A stretch of DNA of 32,000 nt, from contig NC_017080.1 in the NCBI RefSeq assembly GCF_000284115.1, forward strand, positions 3,180,001-3,212,000, in the 5' to 3' direction. Positions 23,777 to 32,000 of this stretch are shown here, piece after piece. Position 1 is the stretch's first letter, and each line of letters begins with the position of its first letter. Origin of the DNA: Phycisphaera mikurensis NBRC 102666. GTDB taxonomy: Bacteria > Planctomycetota > Phycisphaerae > Phycisphaerales > Phycisphaeraceae. The translations under genes and the position numbers were made by a program. The notes under the pieces were generated by a model, which saw nothing but the letters and a program-made list of their open reading frames with translations, had not been told where the DNA came from and ran no database searches.

Positions 23777-24664
23777 TCAACCCCGGTGCTCCCAGCCGCG
23801 GACCGAAGGCGTCAGGGGGGAGCCGCCGGGTCCGAGCCAGCGGAGGCCGCCGCCGGGCATCGCGGTGCCGATCCGCGTGACCCGCACGCCCGCGACCCGC
23901 GGCGGAAGCGTCGCGGCCGCCGGCAGCGTGAACAGCAGCTCGTGGTCCTCGCCGTCGCCGATCGCCCGCTCCCACGCCGGCGCCGGCAGCCCGGGCCGCA
24001 CCGGCAGCCGGGTGAGGTCGACCTCGGCGTGCGGAGCGATCCGCGGCAGGTCGGCGGCGAGGCCGTCGGAGAGGTCGATCATGGCCGTGGGCCGGGTGGC
24101 CGCGTCGGCGGCGAGCGTGCGGGCCAGCGCCAGCCGCGGCTCGAAGCGCAGGTGGTGCCCGGCCGCGCTCCCGCCGAGCACCCCCGAGACCCACAGCCCT
24201 TCGCCGGGCGCGGCCGGCCCCCGCGTCACCGGTTCCACGCCCGCCGGCTCCGCCAGGACCGTGACCGACAGCACGAGCGGGCCGTCCGTCACCGAGACGT
24301 CGCCGCCGATCACCGGGCAGCCGTACGCCGCCCCGGTCTCCCGCGCCGCCGCGAGCAGGCGCTCGGCCACCGCTTGATCCATGCCCCGCGGCAGCGCCGC
24401 CGCGAGCACCGCCGCCACCGGCACCGCCGCCATCGCCGCGACGTCCGAGAGGTTCCGCGTCACCGCCTTCCGCCCCGCCGCTTCCGGCCCGGCCTCGGAG
24501 AGCACGAAGTGCCGCCCGTCCACCACCTGATCGACGGCGATCAGCACCGACCCGCCGCCGATCTCCACCGCGGCCATGTCGTCCCCCGGCGGGATCGTGA
24601 CCCGCCGGGGCAAGCCGCCGTTGAAGCCGGCCACGAAGGCGAGGAGGGCGTTCTCGGACGGCAT
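23777..24664 (-). CDS. thiL: Thiamine-monophosphate kinase
   Basis: 3' part of ORF 23777..24901, trimmed to ATG 24664 (MPSENALLAF). AIR-synthase-like motifs: PGDDMAAV, AVDQVVDGRHF, AVTRNLSDVAAMAA, VIGGDVS, GLWVSGVLGGSAAG, MIDLSDGLAADL, GEDHELLFT. Confidence 0.85.
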   Translation of the reverse strand: MPSENALLAFVAGFNGGLPRRVTIPPGDDMAAVEIGGGSVLIAVDQVVDGRHFVLSEAGPEAAGRKAVTRNLSDVAAMAAVPVAAVLAAALPRGMDQAVAERLLAAARETGAAYGCPVIGGDVSVTDGPLVLSVTVLAEPAGVEPVTRGPAAPGEGLWVSGVLGGSAAGHHLRFEPRLALARTLAADAATRPTAMIDLSDGLAADLPRIAPHAEVDLTRLPVRPGLPAPAWERAIGDGEDHELLFTLPAAATLPPRVAGVRVTRIGTAMPGGGLRWLGPGGSPLTPSVRGWEHRG

Positions 24665-24709
24665 CGGGGGCGATGCTAAACCCGGACCGGCCGGGGGAGG
24701 CGGGAGGGG

Positions 24710-24891
24710 GAGCGACGCAGCGGGCGGTTTTCGTGCGGAGGGGCTGCATCGTCCGCGACGGGGGTGGGGGGCGGGTCGGACCGGGGTTGGGTGAGAGACG
24801 GAGCGATGCAGCGGGCGGTTTCTGTGCGGAGGGGCTGCATGGTCCGCGAAGGGCATGGGGGGCGGGTCGGGCCGGGATTGGGTGAGAGACG
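24710..24891. repeat. Direct tandem duplication of a G-rich 91-bp unit (about 10 mismatches by hand alignment)
   Basis: Unit 1 spans 24710-24800 and unit 2 spans 24801-24891. Both start gagcgaYgcagcgggcggtt and end ttgggtgagagacg. Each carries a multi-G-run block, for example GGGGG-t-GGGGGG-c-GGG-tcggacc-GGGG-tt-GGG at 24760-24791. Confidence 0.9.
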
Positions 24892-24940
24892 AAGTCAGCA
24901 AGAGAGACTGCCCAGCGGAGCGACGGCAAGTCGTGTCTGT

Positions 24941-24980
24941 CCTCGTCTCTTCGTGTCTTCGTCTCTTCGTCTCTCCGTCT
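24941..24980. repeat. 8-bp tandem repeat, 5 copies, consensus CTTCGTCT (pyrimidine-rich on + strand)
   Basis: Direct reading: cctcgtct cttcgtgt cttcgtct cttcgtct ctccgtct. It ends 16 nt upstream of ATG 24997. The reverse-complement unit AGACGAAG resembles the AAGCGAAG unit of the 11801-11896 array. Confidence 0.85.
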
Positions 24981-24996
24981 CCCTTTACCCTCCGGC

Positions 24997-25803
24997 ATGA
25001 GCCAGCCCGCTCCCCCCGGCGACGGCCGCCCCGTCCGCGGCGCCGTCCCTCCGCCCGACGAGGTCGTCTTCCACAGCTACCCGAAGCTGATCTACGCCTG
25101 GCCGCTGATCGCCGCGGGCATCGGCTTCTGGTTCCTGCCGGCGGCCTGGGAAGCCACGCTCGGCTGGGTGTACCTCTTCCTCGTGTTGGTGACGATCACC
25201 ACGCTGGCCATCGACCTCGAGCGCAACTACGCCTTCGTCTGGTCGGTGCTCTTCGCCCTGTTCTTCTTCGCCGGCAAGTGGGTCTACGCGGCCTACGACG
25301 TGCCGGTCTTCGAGGCCGTCTTCGGCTTCTTCTTCGACCTGAACACCCGCTACGACCGCGGCTTCGGCATGGCGCTGGCGATCCTGCTCGCCTTCCCCTA
25401 CGCGGTGATGCTGGTTTGGGTCCGCTTGAACAGCCGCTGGCGGATCACCCACAACGAGTTCGAGCACTACGCCTGGGGCCGGGCCGACGACTCGCTCGCC
25501 CGCGGGGCGAAGCGGGTCCGCAGCACCTACCCCGACCTGCTGGAGCTGCTGCTCTGCGGCGCCGGCACGCTGCTCGTCTACTCCGCCAACGGCAGCCGCG
25601 AGCTGCGGCGGATCCCCAACGTGCCGCTGCTCTTCCGCGTGCGCCGCAAGCTGAACCTGCTGCTGGAGAGCCAGCAGGTGGTGGGCCCGGGGCGGCGGGA
25701 GGCGACGCTCGCCGAGATGGCCGAGGAGGAGGAACAAGATGCGCGCGACGAACGCGTTCCGGCGGATCAGCCGCCGGTGCGACCCGCGGACGAGCCGCTG
25801 TAG
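24997..25803 (+). CDS. Integral membrane protein of unknown function (four predicted TM helices plus a soluble C-terminal domain, possibly bacterial PH-like)
   Basis: ORF 24997..25803 (268 aa). Hydrophobic helices: LIYAWPLIAAGIGFWFL, LGWVYLFLVLVTITTLAI, FVWSVLFALFFFAG, FGMALAILLAFPYAVMLVWV. Then comes RWRITHNEFEHYAWG...LLVYSANGSRELRRIPNV, followed by an acidic tail. Good GC3 bias. I recognise no family. Confidence 0.65.
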   Translation: MSQPAPPGDGRPVRGAVPPPDEVVFHSYPKLIYAWPLIAAGIGFWFLPAAWEATLGWVYLFLVLVTITTLAIDLERNYAFVWSVLFALFFFAGKWVYAAYDVPVFEAVFGFFFDLNTRYDRGFGMALAILLAFPYAVMLVWVRLNSRWRITHNEFEHYAWGRADDSLARGAKRVRSTYPDLLELLLCGAGTLLVYSANGSRELRRIPNVPLLFRVRRKLNLLLESQQVVGPGRREATLAEMAEEEEQDARDERVPADQPPVRPADEPL

Positions 25804-26329
25804 CGTCGCCGGCCCCGGGCCCGGCCGCTTCCTCCGCGGACCGTCACGCCGATCCAGCCGCGGCGCTCGCGATCCGCGGGCCGACGCCCGCGGACCGCTG
25901 AAGCCGACGCCTTCCCACACGCTTCTACGCGTTCTCTACAATGGTCAAGCGGCCCCCCCGGGGTCGCCGATGGGGGAGCGGATCGAAGACGCTTTGAGAG
26001 CGGAGGGAGCGACGGGCGGAGACGACAGCCGGCTCGGTGCCGGGTAGAGTCCGAACGACCGGGACCGGCGGGAGACCACGCCGGCGCATCCAGCCGGCGG
26101 GAGGCTCCCCAGAGGCGACGCGGCGTCGTCGTGTTCCGGCTCCCCGAGAGCAGAGAAACCACCAACCTCCAGACCCCGCCGCCCCCTCGCGGCGATCGGC
26201 CGGCTCGGACCACCCCGCGGGGGTGGGGAGACCGGCGGCGTGGCCCCCGACGAGCGGCCCGCCCGAGAACCCGGAAGCCGTGCCACCGCCGAGGCGACGC
26301 ACGCCTCCTTCCTTCCTTTGGCATCCAAG

Positions 26330-27109
26330 ATGAATCCACCCTTCGAGAAGGGCGACCGCGTCCGCCACCCCAAGCGACCCGAGTGGGGGAGCGGCACCGT
26401 CCGCGACACGCAGGCGACGACGCACAACGGCGCCGCCGCGCAGAAGCTCACCATCGACTTCGCCAACCGGGGCCGGGCCGTCATCAACACGGCGGTCGCG
26501 CCGCTGGAGAAGATCGGCAGCGACGCGCCGGCGGGCAGCGTGCGGGCGGCCAAGGCCACCACGCACCGGGGCTCGGCGGCGCAGCTGTGGTCCGGCCACC
26601 CCGAGCGGCTCAAGGCCGCATCGGCCGAGGACCGCGAAGCGGCGGCCGAGGAGGCCGGCACCGCCCTGCTCGAGCGTGGCGGCCGCAACGGCAAGCGGAT
26701 CGCCGACCAGGGCTGGCTCGACGAGCTCGAGTCCGGCGGCGGGAGCGGCGGGAAGCACGAGCTCTGGGAGCTTCCCGACGCGATGACCGACCCGTTCATC
26801 GACATCCGCGACCGCCTGCGGAACACGCTGCTGTCGTACCGGTTCACCGAAGACCCCCGCTCGATCATCGAGTGGGCGACCAGCCAGACGGGCCTCGACG
26901 ACCCGCTGACCCGGTACACGCGGCACGAGATGGAGCAGGCCTTCCCCCGCTTCTGCCGCGATCGCGACAACCACTTCCGCAAGATGGCGTTCGACTTGAA
27001 GAAGAAGCGCGACGCCCGCACCCTCAAGAGCGCGATGAAGGGCGGGCTCCCGCCCGCCGGCCAGAGCGCCGTCGACAAGGCGCTGAAGATGTTCCGCTAC
27101 CGCGGCTGA
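26330..27109 (+). CDS. DUF3553 (Tudor/UvrD-C-terminal-like) domain protein with a ~190-aa C-terminal extension of unknown function
   Basis: ORF 26240..27109 trimmed to ATG 26330. MNPPFEKGDRVRHPKRPEWGSGTVRDTQ...LTIDFANRGRAVINTAVAPLEKI fits the DUF3553 pattern (GDxVxHPxxPxWGxGxV...vxFxxxGkxxI). The remaining part (ELWELPDAMTDPFIDIRDRLRNTLLSYRF, YTRHEMEQAFPRFCRDRDNHFRKMAFDLKKKRD) has no family I recognise. Confidence 0.7.
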   Translation: MNPPFEKGDRVRHPKRPEWGSGTVRDTQATTHNGAAAQKLTIDFANRGRAVINTAVAPLEKIGSDAPAGSVRAAKATTHRGSAAQLWSGHPERLKAASAEDREAAAEEAGTALLERGGRNGKRIADQGWLDELESGGGSGGKHELWELPDAMTDPFIDIRDRLRNTLLSYRFTEDPRSIIEWATSQTGLDDPLTRYTRHEMEQAFPRFCRDRDNHFRKMAFDLKKKRDARTLKSAMKGGLPPAGQSAVDKALKMFRYRG

Positions 27110-27126
27110 TGCGGCAACGCGGCTGC

Positions 27127-27161
27127 GCCCGCTCGCTTCTGGCGGTTTCGGCCGAGCGGGC
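27127..27161 (+). terminator. Hairpin downstream of the DUF3553 gene (possible terminator)
   Basis: GCCCGCTCG (27127-27135) pairs with CGAGCGGGC (27153-27161) across a 17-nt loop. It sits 18 nt after the stop codon and has no U-tract. Confidence 0.25.
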
Positions 27162-27357
27162 AGACAGGCCGCGGACGACGCCGGCGGAGCGGCTCCCCCC
27201 GCCTTGCTTCGGTCAAGCGCCTCCAGCGCCGGCGTGGACGCGGCGTCCGAGGCGGGCGGGCGTCGCGAAGCGGCTCCGTCGCGCGAAGCGGGTCCGAGGC
27301 AGGCGCGGCCGCGCCCTCAGTCACGCCGCGACGCGGGCGCTCCCGGACACGACCTAG

Positions 27358-29787
<2,430 letters not shown>

Positions 29788-30009
29788 GGCAACGGCGGGC
29801 GCCGCGGGTCCGAGAGCGGAGACCGGGGGAGGCCACGGCCGGGTCCGAGAATCCGCGGACCGCGGGTCCGGGAGGCCCGCCGCGGCCGCGGTCCGCGGCC
29901 GCCGGCCGCCGGTCCTGCCGATCGCACGGGCTTGCGCTTCAGCGGGCCGGGCCAAGCGCCGATGCCACCCCTGCCCCGCACGCCGCGGGGGCCCCCAGGA
30001 CGCTCCGCC

Positions 30010-31125
30010 ATGGCATTTGGTCTCAGCAGCAAGAACCGCACCTCGCCGATCGCGGTCGACTTCGGGAGCGACACGCTCAAGGTGCTCCAGATCGACAGCA
30101 GCGAGCGGACCGAGATCATCGCGGCCGGCTCCGCCGTGCTCAGCGACGACGCCCGCACGAACCCCGCGGCCCGCATGGCCTTCCTCGAGGAGTCGCTGAA
30201 GAAGATCCTCCGCGGCCTGCCCTTCCGCGGACGCCGGGCGATGCTCGCGATCCCGGGCTACCAAACGCTGATCCACAACTTCACGATGGACCGCTGCGAC
30301 GACGAGGACATCGACGCGATGGTCGACCTGCAGCTGCAGGAACGGCTCGGCGTGCAGGCCGCCCGGATGGTCACGCGGAACACCAAGACCGCCGACCACC
30401 ACCGCGGCGGCTCCGAGAAGACCGACGTCAGCTGCCTCGCCGCCAAGCGGGACCTGGTGATGAGCTATCTGCAGCTCGCCGGACGCTGCCGGCTCGAGGT
30501 GGTCGGCATGCACCCCGAGCCGATCGCCCTGATCCGCGCCTTGAGCGACCGCGACGCCGGCGTGCCCGCCGCGGCCGTCGACGACCGCAGCGTCGCCCTC
30601 CGCGGCACCCGGTCCGGGCCCTCTCCGGCCCGGCTCGTGCTGGACTTCGCCCACGCGACCTCCCGCGTTCTGATCCTCGAGGGCGAGACGCTGCGGCTCG
30701 CCCGCACGATCCACGCCGGCGGCCTCCACCTCACAAGGCAGCGGACGCGCGAGAGCGGCGAGAGCTTCCTCGCCGCCCGCACCAAGCGTCGCGCCGAGGC
30801 CGCCGCCGAACCCGGCGACACGCCGCTTTCCTGCCGCGTTGCGGAACTGCTCATCGAGGAGCTCCGGATGACGCTGCGGCACCACCACGCCCGGCACCCG
30901 GCCTCGCCGGTGACGCGGGTGCTGGTGTGCGGCGGCGAGGCCGCGTCCGAGCCGCGCCTGCGCGCTCTCGGTGCGGCGTTGAGCCTGCCGGTCAGCCGCT
31001 TCGACCCGCTCGCCGGCGCGGCGGCGGGCCCCGGTCCCTCCGCCCTCTCCGGCGTCGACCTCGCCGCCGGCACCGGCGGCTGGGCCGTGCCCTGGGGCCT
31101 CTGCCACAGCGAGCTGAACCTCTAA
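30010..31125 (+). CDS. pilM: Type IV pilus assembly protein PilM (actin-like ATPase fold)
   Basis: ORF 29932..31125 trimmed to ATG 30010 (MAFGLSSKNRTSPIAVDFGSDTLKVLQI, the typical PilM N-terminus with phosphate-1-like DxGS). Also VVGMHPEPIALIRAL, LVLDFAHATSRVLIL, IHAGGLHLT, and VLVCGGEA. It is followed by a PilN-like gene. Confidence 0.8.
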   Translation: MAFGLSSKNRTSPIAVDFGSDTLKVLQIDSSERTEIIAAGSAVLSDDARTNPAARMAFLEESLKKILRGLPFRGRRAMLAIPGYQTLIHNFTMDRCDDEDIDAMVDLQLQERLGVQAARMVTRNTKTADHHRGGSEKTDVSCLAAKRDLVMSYLQLAGRCRLEVVGMHPEPIALIRALSDRDAGVPAAAVDDRSVALRGTRSGPSPARLVLDFAHATSRVLILEGETLRLARTIHAGGLHLTRQRTRESGESFLAARTKRRAEAAAEPGDTPLSCRVAELLIEELRMTLRHHHARHPASPVTRVLVCGGEAASEPRLRALGAALSLPVSRFDPLAGAAAGPGPSALSGVDLAAGTGGWAVPWGLCHSELNL

Positions 31126-31182
31126 GCCCCGACGGGCTCGACGCATCCCACCCGCCCATCCATCGCTCCCCCCGGTGCTCCC

Positions 31183-31929
31183 ATGAACAACAAAGCCAGC
31201 TTCCTGCCCGAGGACTACCTCGACCGCCGCCTCGCCAAGCGGAGCCACGCGCTCTTCCTCACGCTCTTCGCGGTGGTGATCCTCGGAGCGATCGGCTCCT
31301 TCGTCGTCCTGCTCTCGCAGCAGCGCGAGGCCCGCGAGGCGCACGACGAGGTCGTCCGCCGGATCCAGGTCGAGAGCACGCAGCTCGAGACGATCAAGGC
31401 GCTGGAGACGCAGCGCGAGGCGATGATGCGGAAGGCGGCGATCACCGCGACGCTCATGGACCCGATCCAGAAGAGCAACGTCCTGGCGGAACTGATCAAC
31501 CACATGCCGCTGCCGGTCTCGCTCACGGAGGTGGAGGTCGAGACCAACGTCGCGACCCAGCGGGTCGTCACCCGCTCGGCCCTCCAGCAGGCGAGCCAGC
31601 GGGCCGCCGCCGCCGCGGAGGCGGAAGCCCCGCCGCCGCCGCCGCTGCGCACCGTCGTGCTGCAGGTGACCGGCATCGCGCCCTCGGACCTGGATGTCTC
31701 GACCTTCATGGTGTCGCTCCAGACCCACCCGCTCTTCGCCGACGTCGAGCTGCTCGAGACGCGGCAGCAGCGGATCGACGAGGAGAAGCTCCGCGAGTTC
31801 AAGATCAAGCTCGAGCTCGATCCCAACCTCACGATGGCCGACCTCGAGCCGACCCGGCGCGACCGCACCCTGACGGTGAACCCGATGGGCGGCGACATCG
31901 TGATCGAGCCCGCGGGCTTTCAGAACTGA
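31183..31929 (+). CDS. pilN: PilN-like type IV pilus inner-membrane assembly protein
   Basis: ORF 31183..31929 (248 aa). Short cytoplasmic N-terminus with FLPEDY (in place of the canonical NLLP). One TM helix (ALFLTLFAVVILGAIGSFVVLL). Coiled-coil segment, then a ferredoxin-like periplasmic part (VLQVTGIAPSDLDVSTFMVSLQTHPLF). Its position directly after pilM supports the call. Confidence 0.7.
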   Translation: MNNKASFLPEDYLDRRLAKRSHALFLTLFAVVILGAIGSFVVLLSQQREAREAHDEVVRRIQVESTQLETIKALETQREAMMRKAAITATLMDPIQKSNVLAELINHMPLPVSLTEVEVETNVATQRVVTRSALQQASQRAAAAAEAEAPPPPPLRTVVLQVTGIAPSDLDVSTFMVSLQTHPLFADVELLETRQQRIDEEKLREFKIKLELDPNLTMADLEPTRRDRTLTVNPMGGDIVIEPAGFQN

Positions 31930-32000
31930 ATCGGCGGCAACGCCGCTCCCCGGCCCCGACGGGCCCCACACCCCCTCCCCCAGATCCCCGCCTCGGCGGC

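Noticed and set aside
25941-25997. 18-codon mini-ORF starting at the ATG inside tacaATGgtc (MVKRPPRGRRWGSGSKTL)
   Set aside because: It has no RBS and no coding bias, and it is too short to evaluate. The ATG is more simply part of the AT-rich promoter-like patch.
25950-26330. tmRNA, RNase P RNA or a known riboswitch in the long gap
   Set aside because: GGGGGAGCGGAUCGAAGACG superficially resembles a tmRNA 5' end, but there is no T-arm/ACCA 3' end and no tag ORF ending in hydrophobic Ala-Ala. The RNase P hallmark GGAAAGUCCGGGC is absent. I could not recognise cobalamin, TPP or guanidine cores. The region is left as an unexplained candidate only.
29806-29816. Guanidine-I (ykkC) riboswitch suggested by GGUCCGAGAG
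   Set aside because: Only this short element matches. The partner CUAGGGUUCCG and ACGG/GGGA/CCCGGGAG elements are missing, and the downstream gene is pilM rather than a guanidine carboxylase or transporter. The motif also recurs elsewhere in the window as a generic repeat.

Overview
The window is a very GC-rich bacterial chromosomal segment, well above 65% G+C by eye, with almost exclusive G/C at third codon positions of real genes. The gene content (eukaryote-type UDP-GlcNAc pyrophosphorylase, LptD-like outer-membrane protein, pilM-pilN, an HTH/acidic/TM protein, USP-DUF389) together with the extreme GC suggests a Planctomycetota or Phycisphaerae-like organism; this is inference only. I call 25 protein-coding genes, nearly all housekeeping: rpsA (partial), speA, gatB, a UAP-like gene, a Cld/HemQ-like gene, a LuxR-type response regulator, an ABC-2 permease plus SCO1, thyA, USP-DUF389, cls, hpf, an lptD-like gene, comM, thiL-tsaE-yacG, ligA and pilMN. 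Many of the longest ORFs in the supplied track are Arg/Pro/Gly-rich shadow ORFs on the wrong frame or strand. Several real genes occupy only the 3' part of a longer listed ORF, so I trimmed their starts by hand. I found no rRNA, tRNA, CRISPR, transposase, integrase, phage, toxin-antitoxin or recognisable defence genes. I could not identify a coherent new multi-gene system. The most unusual signals are non-coding. (1) A BIME/REP-like array of 4.5 tandem units of 107-109 bp, each with two oppositely oriented palindromes, bracketed by a 16-bp direct repeat. (2) Two related 8-bp homopurine/homopyrimidine microsatellites in opposite orientation, each in a divergent promoter region, one next to a G-rich 91-bp duplication. 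(3) A 526-bp gene-free gap containing an isolated TACAAT box. Secondary points are two translationally coupled odd gene pairs (response regulator with Cld-like; ATPase-less ABC-2 permease with SCO1) and several proteins with unusual domain architecture.
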